From positions 1-32,000 of the forward strand of contig JAKOVD010000069.1 in NCBI GenBank assembly GCA_029782215.1: a DNA stretch of 32,000 nt, in the 5' to 3' direction. The DNA is from Chloroflexota bacterium. Its GTDB lineage: Bacteria > Chloroflexota > Anaerolineae > J102. This document shows positions 22,378 through 31,807 of the stretch, piece after piece; the first letter of the stretch is position 1; each line of letters opens with the position of its first letter. The notes beneath the pieces were generated by a model that was not told the DNA's origin, made no database searches, and was given only the letters and a program-made list of their open reading frames with translations. The translations under genes and the position numbers were made by a program.

Positions 22378-22971
22378 TCAGCGGCCCAGGCAGCGCGCGT
22401 TGTAGCTGGCTTCCAGCGAGCGCAGCGCGCTCACCTCGGTTTCGTTGAGGCTCGCCTCGCGGCTGCGCTTGAGCGCGATCACGTCGCGCATGCCCTTGCA
22501 CTGCTCGCCCTGGCGGCGCGCCTCCTCGCGCTGCTGCGCGAGCGAGTCACGCTCGGCGCGCTGTCGATCGCTGCGCTCGCGCTCGGCCTGGCCGTGCTGG
22601 CGTCGCGCCTCCTCGTCCTGCAGGGCGCACTTCTGCTGGTATTCCTCGCGCAGGCCGGAAACCACGTCGCCGCGCACGCCGCGCGCCGGCGCGGTGCGGA
22701 TCGCCTCGGAGATGTCCGCGCACTCGGCGCTCAGGTACTTCACGTGCTCCTGGGGCTTGCCCGCGCGCGGCAAGCTGCCGTAACTCGACGACAGCCCACC
22801 CTGCCGCGACGTGCCGGCGTAGGCGCCCAGCTTGGACGGCGGTGCTCCGGAGCAGGGCCGGTCGGAGTAGTAGATGGTGCTGCCGTTGCTGCAGCGGTAG
22901 GACTGGGCCTGCGCCGCGTCCGCGGCGATGACGCCGGCCAGCGCGGCGAGGAAGACGATGATCCGGTTCAC
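22378..22971 (-). CDS. Secreted DUF4124-domain protein with charged coiled-coil region
   Basis: Signal peptide followed by YRCSNGSTIYYSDRPC (DUF4124-like), then a Glu/Arg/Gln-rich helix. Confidence 0.75.
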   Translation of the reverse strand: MNRIIVFLAALAGVIAADAAQAQSYRCSNGSTIYYSDRPCSGAPPSKLGAYAGTSRQGGLSSSYGSLPRAGKPQEHVKYLSAECADISEAIRTAPARGVRGDVVSGLREEYQQKCALQDEEARRQHGQAERERSDRQRAERDSLAQQREEARRQGEQCKGMRDVIALKRSREASLNETEVSALRSLEASYNARCLGR

Positions 22972-23029
22972 GGGTCGTGACGATAACGCCGCGGCAGCGC
23001 GGATTCCATCCCACGACCCGGCGGATCGT

Positions 23030-23338
23030 TCAGGCGCCGGGCTGCGGCCCCTCGTAACCCTCGACGATGACCACGTCGGCGCTCGACACCGGCTGGCGGA
23101 TCGCCCAGGCGCGCCGGTATTCCGGCGAGTTCCAGCAGTCCAGCGCCGCCTGGTAGCTGGGGAACTCGATGATCACGTTGCGCTGGCGCGCGCCGCCCTC
23201 GGGGTTCTCGAAGCGGCCGCCGCGCACCAGGAAGCGTGCGCCGTACTTGGCGAAAGCCGCCGCGTTGGCGGCCACGTAGTCCTTGTAGCGTTCCGCGTCG
23301 GCGACGTCGACACGCGCCACCCAGTAGCCCTTGGCCAT
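23030..23338 (-). CDS. DUF1330-family protein
   Basis: MAKGYWVARVDVADAERYKDYVAANAAAFAKYGARFLVRGG...IIEFPSYQAALDCWNSPEY is the typical DUF1330 sequence as I recall it. Confidence 0.85.
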   Translation of the reverse strand: MAKGYWVARVDVADAERYKDYVAANAAAFAKYGARFLVRGGRFENPEGGARQRNVIIEFPSYQAALDCWNSPEYRRAWAIRQPVSSADVVIVEGYEGPQPGA

Positions 23339-23360
23339 GATGCGTTCTCCAGCTTCGCGT

Positions 23361-23729
23361 TCAGATGCGGCGCGGCGGCACGGGCTGGGTGTCCTGGAAG
23401 CCCGCGGCCTGCGTGTTGAACCATTGCACGTAGCGGTCCGGCTCGATGCCGATCACGTGCACCTCGATCGCGTCCTCGCCCAGCTCCGGCGAGTAGTCGA
23501 CGATCTGCACGCTGCCGTCGCCGGCGAGTTCGCTGCCGTCGGGCGCGAGCACGCGCAGCACCACACCGAGCGGCGGGCCGCCCGCCGAGGCCAGCACCGC
23601 GGGCTGAACGGCCGCGTAGGCCGGCGCCGGCACGAAGCGGCCGGCCGCCACGCCGATCGGCGCATCGCCGTGCTCCAGCCAGGTGTGGCCGATGCATGCG
23701 GCTCCGGCGAGGACTTCGAAGCGCGGCAT
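23361..23729 (-). CDS. Hypothetical protein (122 aa)
   Basis: The ATG at 23729 overlaps the upstream gene's stop by 1 nt (TGATG). The N-terminal extension in the track ORF is Arg/Gly/Ala shadow sequence. Confidence 0.6.
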   Translation of the reverse strand: MPRFEVLAGAACIGHTWLEHGDAPIGVAAGRFVPAPAYAAVQPAVLASAGGPPLGVVLRVLAPDGSELAGDGSVQIVDYSPELGEDAIEVHVIGIEPDRYVQWFNTQAAGFQDTQPVPPRRI

Positions 23730-24061
23730 CACAGGCGCTCGCTCAGGCGCATGCCTTCGAGGCGCAGCGCGATCGCCTGCTCGAGCGTGCCCAGCTCGGC
23801 GAGCAGGCGCGCTCGTTCGGCCTCGTCCGCCGCGGCGGCGGCCTGCGCCGCCAGCTGCGCGCGGCGGTGGAACAGCGCGATCTCCGGCGGTTGGTAGCCG
23901 GCGTTCTTCAGCACCTTGAAGGGCATGCGGAAGGCCGGCGGCGTGGCCTGCCATTCCTCGTCGTCGGGCAGCGGCTTGCCGAACCAGGCGCAGCTGCGCA
24001 GCTCGCCCGAGGCCATGGCATCCTCGAGGTGCCTGGCGATGTCTTCGTCGAGCGTGCCCAT
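23729..24061 (-). CDS. DUF1992 (DnaJ-C28-like) domain protein
   Basis: IARHLEDAMASGELRSCAWFGKPLPDDEEW is the DUF1992-like signature. Start placed at ATG 24061. Confidence 0.7.
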   Translation of the reverse strand: MGTLDEDIARHLEDAMASGELRSCAWFGKPLPDDEEWQATPPAFRMPFKVLKNAGYQPPEIALFHRRAQLAAQAAAAADEAERARLLAELGTLEQAIALRLEGMRLSERL

Positions 24062-24074
24062 GGCGTGCCGGCGT

Positions 24075-24446
24075 TCAGGCGCGATCGCGCTCGACGAGCT
24101 GGAAGCGGTTGCCGTCCGGATCACGGAAGCCGGCCACGCTGCCACCCCAGAACTGCCGCTCGGGCGCGGCGGTGAACTCCACGCCGCGCGACTTCAGATC
24201 CTGGTGCGCGACGTGCAGGTTCGGTACCAGGAAGGACAGCCCGGTGACGCGCCCGACCAGCGCCTGCCGCTCGGCGGAGGCGTCCGCCGGCACCGCCTCG
24301 AGCACCAGCTCGCAGTTGCCGGCGTTGAACACGCACCAGCCGCGCGCGAGATCCTGCGAGTGCGGCTTGAGGCCCAGCGCTTCGGCATAGAAGCAGCGTG
24401 CCAGCGCGATGTCGCGCACGAAGACGCGGGCGGTGTTGAGGTTCAC
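24075..24446 (-). CDS. VOC (glyoxalase/bleomycin-resistance/dioxygenase) family protein
   Basis: GTG start. FVRDIALARCFYAEALGLKP...FRDPDGNRFQLVE is the typical VOC fold signature. Confidence 0.8.
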   Translation of the reverse strand: MNLNTARVFVRDIALARCFYAEALGLKPHSQDLARGWCVFNAGNCELVLEAVPADASAERQALVGRVTGLSFLVPNLHVAHQDLKSRGVEFTAAPERQFWGGSVAGFRDPDGNRFQLVERDRA

Positions 24447-24481
24447 GCGCTGCAGTCTAGCCGGGCGCTGCGCGCGTGTGT

Positions 24482-24796
24482 TCAGTACGACGACGCGCCG
24501 GTGTACTTGCGCTCCAGCACCTCGCGCCACTCCACCAGGATCTCGGCCACGCGGCGCGCGTGGCTGGGGCGCGGCGCGAGGCCGAGGAATTCGGTCTCGA
24601 GCAGGAGCAGCAGTTCCATGATGCGCTGCTCGTCGGCATCGTCGAGCAGGGCCGCGAATACGTCGGGCACGAAGCCCGCGTAATGCTCGCGCGCCAGCGG
24701 GTCGCGCGCCAGGCCGGACGGATCCCAGTGGTAGAGCAGCACCTCGTCGATGCGCTGGAACAGCTCCTGGTCGAAACGGTCGGTGCTGGTGCTCAT
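24482..24796 (-). CDS. Hypothetical acidic protein (104 aa)
   Basis: Clean ORF with normal composition. No family recognised. Confidence 0.6.
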   Translation of the reverse strand: MSTSTDRFDQELFQRIDEVLLYHWDPSGLARDPLAREHYAGFVPDVFAALLDDADEQRIMELLLLLETEFLGLAPRPSHARRVAEILVEWREVLERKYTGASSY

Positions 24797-24844
24797 GGTC
24801 GGCGCCGAGCATACGGATTCCGTTCCTGCGGCCCAAGCGTCAGG

Positions 24845-25318
24845 CTAGGGATGGTCGAGCCGCGCAGGCGTGATCGCCTTGCCCATGAAGACGCTGTTCG
24901 GATCCTCGGCGTAGTCGCCGAAGGGGCCGCGGCGGCGGTAGCCGCAGCGCTCGTACAGCGCCAGCGCCTCGGGCTGCAGGTGGCCGGTCTCGAGCATGAA
25001 CTGCGCGCAGCCGCGCCGCTGCGCCTCCGATTCCAGCAGCCTCAGCAGCGCGCCGGCGATGCCGCGGCCGCGGTGCGCGGGCCGCGTGAACATGCGCTTG
25101 AGCTCGCCGTACTCGCGCTCGAGCACGATGGCGCCGCAGCCGACCGCCGCGCCGCCGGCCTCGCGCGCCACCGCGAAGATCACGTTCGGGCGGCACAGCG
25201 CATCGATCGGGATGCCGTGATGGCTCTCGGCCGGGTAGAGCGGCTTCTGGTAGGCGTCGAGCTCGTCGATGAGCGCGACGACCTCGGGCTGGTCGGGTGA
25301 TTCGAGTGCGATCCGCAT
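24845..25318 (-). CDS. GNAT-family N-acetyltransferase
   Basis: Acetyl-CoA motif A (MFTRPAHRGRGIAGALL) and the C-terminal YERCGYRRRGPFGDY. Confidence 0.85.
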   Translation of the reverse strand: MRIALESPDQPEVVALIDELDAYQKPLYPAESHHGIPIDALCRPNVIFAVAREAGGAAVGCGAIVLEREYGELKRMFTRPAHRGRGIAGALLRLLESEAQRRGCAQFMLETGHLQPEALALYERCGYRRRGPFGDYAEDPNSVFMGKAITPARLDHP

Positions 25319-25347
25319 GGCGCGCAGCATAGCCCGGCGCATCGCGC

Positions 25348-25986
25348 TCAGGATTCCGCCTCGCGCCGCAGGCGCGCCAGCTGGCGGTTGTGCAAGCCGG
25401 CGAGCGTGAGCTGCGCCGCCAGCGCGCCCAGCAGGGCGAAGAACATGTCGGACTGCGTGTCCCACGGATCGCCCTGCGTGCCGAGGAACTCGTCGGCACC
25501 CTGGCCGAGCGCGAGCGCTGCGCCCCACTCGATGAACTCGTAGGTGGCGCTGATGGCGAGCACGATGCAAGTGACCAGGAAGGCGAGCATGCGCCGCCCG
25601 CGCAAATATTCGCCGCGCAGCAGGATCTCGCGCGCGATCAGCGCCGGCACGAAGCCCTGGAAGAAGTGGCCGATCTTGTCGTACGGATTGCGCGAGAGCT
25701 GCAGCATCTCCTGCAGTTGGAAGCCGAGCGGCACGCGCGCGTAGCTGTAGGCCCCGCCGAGCATCAGCACGCCGGCGTGCAGGAAGATCAGCACGTACAG
25801 CAGCGGCGTGAGCGGATAGCGCCGCCACGTCGCGGCCAGCAAGGGCAGCGCGACGATGACGGGCAGCACCTCCATCAGCCAGGTGGCGCGGTCGTGGGGC
25901 CGCCAGCCCGAGGCGATCAGCAGCGCGGTGGTGGCCGCGGCCAGCACGAGAAGCCGGCGCGCGCGGTGGATGGAGTGGTGGTGCAT
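25348..25986 (-). CDS. DUF2238 (YjdF-like) inner-membrane protein
   Basis: NPYDKIGHFFQGFVPALIAREIL...EFIEW...GTQGDPWDTQSDM matches the YjdF-family pattern as I recall it. Start at ATG 25986. Confidence 0.8.
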   Translation of the reverse strand: MHHHSIHRARRLLVLAAATTALLIASGWRPHDRATWLMEVLPVIVALPLLAATWRRYPLTPLLYVLIFLHAGVLMLGGAYSYARVPLGFQLQEMLQLSRNPYDKIGHFFQGFVPALIAREILLRGEYLRGRRMLAFLVTCIVLAISATYEFIEWGAALALGQGADEFLGTQGDPWDTQSDMFFALLGALAAQLTLAGLHNRQLARLRREAES

Positions 25987-26254
25987 GTGTGCCTGCTCGG
26001 CCGGGTTGGCGCGGCCCCCTACAATCCTGCCCCTTCGGATGCCCTGAGCCAGAAACTTGAAGACGAGCCTGCACAACGACGAGAAGGCGGCGCGAAGCGC
26101 CACGACACAGCGGCCCGCCGAAGCGCGGCCGGCAGCCGTGAGCCTGCCCGCGCAGCCGCTGCGCACGCGCCTGGTGGCCGCCTGCGGCTGGCCCACCGAT
26201 GCCGCGCCGGTGGCCCGTCGACGCGCCGCCAAGCGCTGATCGGGCGCTCCACGC

Positions 26255-26506
26255 CTAGCCGAACACCGTGTCGCTGGCGGCGTGGGCGCTGCTGAGCAGC
26301 AGCCGCAGCGAGGGCCCCATGCCGTCGTGCTCCCACACGCGGCCCTGCACGATGAACTGCCGGCCGCCGATGCGCAGCGCGTCGCCCGCCTGCGGCACCT
26401 CGGCGTGCCCCTCGAAGAAACGCGGCACGGCGATCGACGACAGGCGCAGCCAGGCCTGGTCTTCGTCGGAGAACGAGAGCGCGATGCGCAGGCTTTGCTG
26501 TGTCAT
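26255..26506 (-). CDS. Hypothetical protein (83 aa)
   Basis: ATG at 26506 with GGAG 8 nt upstream. No family recognised. Confidence 0.5.
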   Translation of the reverse strand: MTQQSLRIALSFSDEDQAWLRLSSIAVPRFFEGHAEVPQAGDALRIGGRQFIVQGRVWEHDGMGPSLRLLLSSAHAASDTVFG

Positions 26507-26557
26507 GCTGAACACTCCGGGGGCAGGCCGCCACGATAGCGCCGAGCGCCGCTGGCG

Positions 26558-26956
26558 TCACGTGCCCTCGGGCGCGATGTGCGCGCCCTGCGCGGCGAGC
26601 AGCTCGCGCAGCACCGAGCGGTGGCAGTGCGACTCGTGCTCGCAGTAGCAGCCGACCGAGAAGCTGGTCTGGTGCGAGAGCGCGGCCAGCAGCGCGATGG
26701 AGTGGCTGTTCTCCGGCGTCGCCATCTCGGCGCGATATTTCCGGACGAAGGCCGCCCACTCGGCCGGCGTGGCGGCCTGCTGGCCGAGCTTCATCGTCTC
26801 CAGGCTGGGCGCGAGGTTGGGGTACCAGAGGTCGTACCAATCCTGCCGCGCGAACTCGCTCTTGGGCACGCCGCGCGGCGGGCGCCGCACGGTGCCGAGC
26901 CGCAGGCCCTCCTGCGCAGCGCGCGGGGAGCCCAGCCGGACGATACGGATCACCAT
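26558..26956 (-). CDS. DUF488-family protein
   Basis: RLGTVRRPPRGVPK...WYPNLAPS...FRKYRAEM...LLCYCEHESHCHRSVL-type signature (here VGCYCEHESHCHRSVLRELL). Confidence 0.8.
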   Translation of the reverse strand: MVIRIVRLGSPRAAQEGLRLGTVRRPPRGVPKSEFARQDWYDLWYPNLAPSLETMKLGQQAATPAEWAAFVRKYRAEMATPENSHSIALLAALSHQTSFSVGCYCEHESHCHRSVLRELLAAQGAHIAPEGT

Positions 26957-26976
26957 GAGGGCGGCTCCTTCGCGCT

Positions 26977-27303
26977 TCAGTCGCCCGCTGCTGTGCAGCG
27001 GTAGCTGGGGCGCAGTTGCAGGCGTTCCGCAAGGCACTCGGCGAGCATCGCGTGGTGCTCGATGTCGATGGGCAGCGACGAGGTCTCGTAGGCGGCGTTG
27101 GCCTGGTCGCTGTCGTCGGCGTCGGTGATGTGCACGAGCACGAAGCCCTGGCCGTCGGGCAGCAGGTAGGCCTGCTCCTCGCGCGTGCCTTCCTGGCGGA
27201 ACGACTCCAGCACCTCCGCCCGGCGGTGCATCAGTTCGGCGAGCCAGGCTTGCAGCTTGTCGACCTTGTCGGGGCGGACGCGTGCGAAGGATGCGTACAG
27301 CAT
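26977..27303 (-). CDS. Hypothetical protein (108 aa)
   Basis: Clean ORF with an ATG start and balanced composition. No confident family. Confidence 0.6.
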   Translation of the reverse strand: MLYASFARVRPDKVDKLQAWLAELMHRRAEVLESFRQEGTREEQAYLLPDGQGFVLVHITDADDSDQANAAYETSSLPIDIEHHAMLAECLAERLQLRPSYRCTAAGD

Positions 27304-27351
27304 GCGAGGGCCTTTCTTTCTGCTGGTGTCCGAGTCATTCTGCCGCAGCGC

Positions 27352-27801
27352 CTAGCGCGCGGACACCGCCGCAAGAACGACGATCACACCGAGGGCGAGG
27401 TTCAGCGCCACCAGTTGGCGGATGGCGTTCAGCGCCTGGGCCGCTGCCGGCCAGGTCGATGCGGCGCAGTGGGCACGCAGCCTGGGCAGCAGCACCAGAT
27501 GGATGTAGGCGTACACGCCGGCCATGACCACGCCGAGCGCGAACATGACGTGCCAGCCGGCCGGCGCCGCCTGGAAACCCGCCGGCAGCAGCATGCCAAG
27601 CCCGCTCGCCAGGATCAGCACGACCGCGACGCTCATGTAGCGCAGGAAGCGCCCCAGCGTGGCGAGCCACAACGGCAGGCGCTTGGGCGGCTCCAGGACT
27701 TCGACCGCCGAAGGGCGCAGGCAGAAGTAGGCGAAGAACATGCCGCCCATCCAGGCCATCGCCGCGAGCAGATGCAGGAGGAGAAGGGCTTGGCGAAGCA
27801 T
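27352..27801 (-). CDS. CopD-like small membrane protein
   Basis: LLLLHLLAAMAWMGGMFFAYFCLRP followed by 3 more TM helices. Start at ATG 27801. Confidence 0.6.
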   Translation of the reverse strand: MLRQALLLLHLLAAMAWMGGMFFAYFCLRPSAVEVLEPPKRLPLWLATLGRFLRYMSVAVVLILASGLGMLLPAGFQAAPAGWHVMFALGVVMAGVYAYIHLVLLPRLRAHCAASTWPAAAQALNAIRQLVALNLALGVIVVLAAVSAR

Positions 27802-27946
27802 GGCTGCGGATTCCCTCGAAGGCTGTCGTGCGGCGCTGGCCACCGCATGATGACAGCCAGCGCCTCGCGCGCCAAGTGCAGGGAGGCTGCTCGCCTCGTG
27901 CTCGCATGTCTTCGTTGCCGCGACGCCCTGCAGTGCGAGCGCAGGC

Positions 27947-28498
27947 TCAATCGCCACCGCGTTGCGCTTCGCGCTCGCGCTCCCGCTTGGCGCGAAGCAC
28001 GCGATGGCGCCAACGCACCAGGCCGAGCATGTACCAGGCGTAGTAGCCCGCCATCAGGCCGAAGGCGCCGAGCGTCAGCGGGCTGTGCGCGAACTCCGCG
28101 AAGCTGCGCTGTGCGGCGGTGTCGATGGCGTACACCTCGATGAACCGGTAGGCGAGGCGAGCGACGAAGAGCACGGCCAGCGAGATGCCGATCGGCCCGT
28201 GCGGCGTGTAGTAGAGCCCGGTGGGCGTCGGCTCGAACTGCGTGCGCCCGAGCGCGAACGCGGCCAGCCCCGCGCCGGCGGCAAGCGCGGCGGCGAAGGC
28301 CAGGAGATGGAGCGGTGCGTGGAGATTGGCGCGCGCGATCGCGCCGATCAGCAGCGCGTACAGCGTGAGCGTGATCGGCCCACGGTAGCGGCTCAGGCGC
28401 TGGCGCCCCGATGCGCGGCGAAAGCGCACATAGATGCGCCAGGCCAGCAGGGGCAAGAGCGCGAGGGTCGCAATGGTGGAGGTGGCTGGTGGTGTCAC
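27947..28498 (-). CDS. Membrane protein, unknown function (183 aa)
   Basis: GTG start, 4-5 hydrophobic helices and a charged C-terminal tail (RAKREREREAQRGGD). Confidence 0.6.
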   Translation of the reverse strand: MTPPATSTIATLALLPLLAWRIYVRFRRASGRQRLSRYRGPITLTLYALLIGAIARANLHAPLHLLAFAAALAAGAGLAAFALGRTQFEPTPTGLYYTPHGPIGISLAVLFVARLAYRFIEVYAIDTAAQRSFAEFAHSPLTLGAFGLMAGYYAWYMLGLVRWRHRVLRAKREREREAQRGGD

Positions 28499-28570
28499 GA
28501 TCGTGATGCCTGAGCTTCGGGGCTGGGAGCGTATTGCCGCTGCAGATCGGCTCGCGCGGAGGGTTGCACG

Positions 28571-29152
28571 TCACTCAACGAGGATCTGCGCGACCCGCGC
28601 CTGCAGCCGCGGCACGAGTTCGGCCTCGAACCACTTGTTGCGCGCCAGCCAGCCGTTGTTGGTCGGGCTGGGATGCGGCAGCGGCATGAGCGCCGGCCAG
28701 TGGCGGCGCCAGTTCCGCACGCTCGCCGTGAGCCCGGATCGCTCATCCGGAAGGTGATAGGACGCCGCATGCCCGCCGATGACCAGCGTGAAGCTCAGGC
28801 CGTGCAGCGTGGCCAGCAGCGGCTGGCGCCAACGCGGCGCGCACTCGGCCCTCGGCGGCAGATCGCCGGAGCTGCCCCTGCCCGGGTAGCACAGGCCCAT
28901 CGGGACGATGGCGAACAGCGCGGGGTCGTAGAACTGCTGCGGCGTGACGCCCAGCCAGCGACGCAGCCGCTCGCCGCTGGCGTCGTCGAAGGGAATGCCG
29001 GTTTCGTGCACCTTGCGTCCGGGCGCCTGGGCGGCGATGAGGATGCGGGCGGCGGGATGAAGCTGGAGGACGGGCCGAGGGCCCAGCGGCAGATGCTCGG
29101 CGCACAGGCGGCAGGCGCGCACGTCGGCCAGCAGTGAAGCGACGGAAGCCAC
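28571..29152 (-). CDS. Uracil-DNA glycosylase superfamily protein
   Basis: Motif A-like ILIAAQAPGRKVHETGIPF and motif B-like PLPHPSPTNN. GTG start. Confidence 0.85.
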   Translation of the reverse strand: MASVASLLADVRACRLCAEHLPLGPRPVLQLHPAARILIAAQAPGRKVHETGIPFDDASGERLRRWLGVTPQQFYDPALFAIVPMGLCYPGRGSSGDLPPRAECAPRWRQPLLATLHGLSFTLVIGGHAASYHLPDERSGLTASVRNWRRHWPALMPLPHPSPTNNGWLARNKWFEAELVPRLQARVAQILVE

Positions 29153-29158
29153 GCGCGG

Positions 29159-29575
29159 CTACTCGGACGCCAGCTTGCCCTTCACGTGGCGCGCGAAGTT
29201 GTCGAGGATGGCCTGCCAGCCCGTGCGCTGTTGTTCCTCGGAGTGGGTCGGCTCGCCGTCGAAGGTGACGGTCACCGTGACGCCCTGGCTGCCCTGCGCG
29301 AACTCGACGACCGCCGTTCGATCGCCGAAGGCGTACTCGATGAGCCGCTGCGGTATCACGCGCGTGTACTGGCCCTCGAAGTCGAATCCGAAGGATCCAT
29401 CCTTGGCTTCCATGCGCGAGGAGAAGCGGCCGCCGGGGCGAAGATCGACCGAGGCGGCGGTGGTATGCCAGTCGGGCGAGGCCGCATTCCAGGCCTTGAT
29501 GTCTTCCGGGCTCGTGTACGAGCGCCAGACCTCGTGCATCGGGGCGGCGACGATCGTGGAAACGATGATCTTCAT
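29159..29575 (-). CDS. SRPBCC / Aha1-domain protein
   Basis: IVAAPMHEVWRSYTSPEDIKAWNAASPDWHT...FGFDFEGQYTRVIPQRLIEYAF...QQRTGWQAILDNFARHV is the typical AHSA1/SRPBCC pattern. Confidence 0.8.
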   Translation of the reverse strand: MKIIVSTIVAAPMHEVWRSYTSPEDIKAWNAASPDWHTTAASVDLRPGGRFSSRMEAKDGSFGFDFEGQYTRVIPQRLIEYAFGDRTAVVEFAQGSQGVTVTVTFDGEPTHSEEQQRTGWQAILDNFARHVKGKLASE

Positions 29576-29669
29576 GCGGACTCCGTGGCAAGTGCGGCGA
29601 GGCGCCGGATGATGACTCATGCGGGCTTGCAGGCCAAGCGCGTTGCCGCGCGTCGGCGAAGCCGCCACG

Positions 29670-29689
29670 GCTTTACCTGCGCTTTACCT
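29670..29689 (+). promoter_or_regulatory. Direct repeat GCTTTACCT-N2-GCTTTACCT (11-bp phasing) in a divergent intergenic region
   Basis: Read directly from the sequence, between the SRPBCC gene (minus, start 29575) and a small lipoprotein ORF (plus, start 29771). Confidence 0.3.
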
Positions 29690-29770
29690 CCGCGAGCTGC
29701 CGTGCCGTCAACATGCACATTCGCCCCGCGTTTGTGTCCAAGGCGGCGTCGTGCCGCCGAGGAGAAGACC

Positions 29771-29971
29771 GTGACGTTCCTCGCTCGCGCAACCAGAGTG
29801 CTGTCGATCGCCGTGCTTGGCGCAGTCGCCGCGGGCTGCTGCGTCGTTCCGCCCTACGGCTGGGGCCACGGCCCGCATGGTCGCGGCTACGACCAGCAGC
29901 AACCCGCGGGCCCGCAATTCCGCGGTGGTGACCATCATCGCAGGTACCCGGACGGGCCTTCGCGCTACTAG
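29771..29971 (+). CDS. Putative small lipoprotein (66 aa, Gly/His/Arg-rich)
   Basis: GTG start with GGAGAAG upstream. Lipobox-like LGAVAAGC. It is the 3' part of a longer shadow ORF in the track. Confidence 0.4.
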   Translation: MTFLARATRVLSIAVLGAVAAGCCVVPPYGWGHGPHGRGYDQQQPAGPQFRGGDHHRRYPDGPSRY

Positions 29972-30188
29972 GTGTGCGAGGGGCGGTGAGGCGCGCCGGT
30001 GGAAGTCGGCCCGAGCGACGGGTCGGACCTTGCCTTCGGCGTCATCGTCCTCACGGCCGCCAGGTGAGCCATGAGCACGGGGGGCGATCCTGCCGAGTCG
30101 CGCCAGGCGCGCGGCGAGTCAAGCGCGCGTGCCCCGAGGTCTTGGCGGTGTTGCGCTTCGAGGTTGACTGCAAGCCGCACTCGCGGTG

Positions 30189-30884
30189 CTACTCAATGGC
30201 CTTGGCGAACCTTTCGAATCGCGGCAGCCAGTCACCCGTCGCGTTTGCCGAGACGAGAATGTGATGTGCCCGGCCAATGAGCAGGCGTCGTGAGACAACG
30301 CCGATGTACCGGGAGTCGGCGCTGTTGTCGCGGTTGTCTCCAAGAAGGAAGTAGCTGCTTTCAGGGACCTTGATCGGGCCGAACGACCGCATCGCGATTA
30401 CGTCCGGCAGGAACTGGACAGCATGCTCACGCTGGCCGAGTTGCTCGGTTCTGCGAAGGCTCCTGGCGTTGTCCGTTCCGATCGGTTCCAAGCCAGACTC
30501 CGCCTCGCCGTACTCGACTGGAACTCCGTTGATGAAGAGTCTTTCGCTCCTCATTTCAATCGTGTCGCCTGGGAGACCGACGACGCGTTTGATCAGGCGC
30601 ACGCCGTCCTTGGGCGAAGTGAAAGTGACAACATCTCCGCGCTTGGGCTCGCCGAGTTGCGCCAGGGAGATGTCCGTGAGCGGGACCTTGAAGTCGTAGG
30701 CCAGTCGATTGACCAAGACGACGTCGCCTTCCAGGAGGGTGGGTCGCATCGACGAAGACGGGATCGGGTTCCAGTCGGCAAACGCTGTTCGGAAGAAGCC
30801 GAAGCAAATGAGAAAGATCAGGAATCCGCGGTTCTCTTTGAGCCAGTGCTTCATGTGTGCCTTGAGTGCGTTCCTGCGACCCAA
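30189..30884 (-). CDS. lepB: Signal peptidase I
   Basis: Boxes SSSMRPTL (Ser), RGDVVTF, LIKRVVGLPGDTI (Lys) and FLLGDNRDNSADSRYIG. The start may be ATG 30854 rather than TTG 30884. Lower-GC codon usage than the core. Confidence 0.85.
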   Translation of the reverse strand: MGRRNALKAHMKHWLKENRGFLIFLICFGFFRTAFADWNPIPSSSMRPTLLEGDVVLVNRLAYDFKVPLTDISLAQLGEPKRGDVVTFTSPKDGVRLIKRVVGLPGDTIEMRSERLFINGVPVEYGEAESGLEPIGTDNARSLRRTEQLGQREHAVQFLPDVIAMRSFGPIKVPESSYFLLGDNRDNSADSRYIGVVSRRLLIGRAHHILVSANATGDWLPRFERFAKAIE

Positions 30885-30961
30885 CGTTGGAGGTCACTGG
30901 CGCTGCGCGACTCTATCGCGCAGCATCCGATGGGCCGAAAGCTTGTGTCTCAGTGGCCGGT

Positions 30962-31663
30962 TCATTGGTAGTAAGACTCGAAATAGGACAATGGTGGGAT
31001 CCCTTGCTGAGTGTCCTTGTCAAGCTTGCCATAAAAGAGATCGAATAGACCGCGAGGGACGTACTCGCCGCTCACTACTCGCTTTATCCGTTCGACGCGC
31101 TCACGGTTGCGCTCAGGGTAACGACTGACATCGAAGGTTGCGGGGGCGATCAGCATGGCCACGAGGGCAATGTACTGGTCTTCGTTCAGCTGCGGAAAGG
31201 GTTTGCCGAAAAACGTTTGAGATGCTTGGGCAAACCCATTTGTATCTGGACCGAAGTAGGCAGTATTGATGAAGAGCCGCAGTTGATCGTTCTTGGCCAT
31301 CAGCGGATCGAGTGCGAATCGGGCGATGGCAGTTTGCTTCAACTTGGCAATGCTTGGGCTGAACTTCTCGAAATAGAGATGTTTGACCAAGGCTTGCGTG
31401 ATCGTTGTGATACCTGCTCCCGGAGTCGAAAGATCAACGCCGCTGTGCTCGAAGAAGCGAGGGTCTTCGACTTTGAGCAGTATCTCGACTTGCCGCAGGG
31501 AAAGATCAGAAATCGCCAGCGAGTACTGAGTGTTGCGATAGCTTGGGAGCAGGGTGCTAACCGTGTACTCACGTGCCGAATGGATGATCCACGCGAAGTA
31601 CACGACAGCGCCGAGCACACACGCCAATGCGGCCAAACCAACGCGACGAAACAGCTTGGCCAT
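30962..31663 (-). CDS. Membrane-anchored GT51 (peptidoglycan glycosyltransferase-like) domain protein, no transpeptidase domain
   Basis: N-terminal TM segment (VGLAALACVLGAVVYFAWII), then LLKVEDPRFFEHSGVD (motif 1, EDxxFxxHxG) and GAGITTITQALVKHL (motif 2-like). Start at ATG 31663. Confidence 0.75.
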   Translation of the reverse strand: MAKLFRRVGLAALACVLGAVVYFAWIIHSAREYTVSTLLPSYRNTQYSLAISDLSLRQVEILLKVEDPRFFEHSGVDLSTPGAGITTITQALVKHLYFEKFSPSIAKLKQTAIARFALDPLMAKNDQLRLFINTAYFGPDTNGFAQASQTFFGKPFPQLNEDQYIALVAMLIAPATFDVSRYPERNRERVERIKRVVSGEYVPRGLFDLFYGKLDKDTQQGIPPLSYFESYYQ

Positions 31664-31807
31664 GGGAGAGACTCGGTGAGGCATGACGTTTGAGCCGAGG
31701 CGCTGACGCCGGGAAGGTGCTTGGCGCGGGATGCGGATGATGTACCACAGCGCCTCGCGGGCCAAGAGCCATGCCGGTGCGAGCTGGCTCCAGCAAAGGG
31801 GTAAGCG

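Noticed and set aside
22368-22380. Palindrome TGAGCG-G-CGCTCA between the convergent clpP-like and DUF4124 genes, as a possible bidirectional terminator
   Set aside because: The 1-nt centre cannot form a hairpin loop. The palindrome is simply two facing stop-codon contexts.
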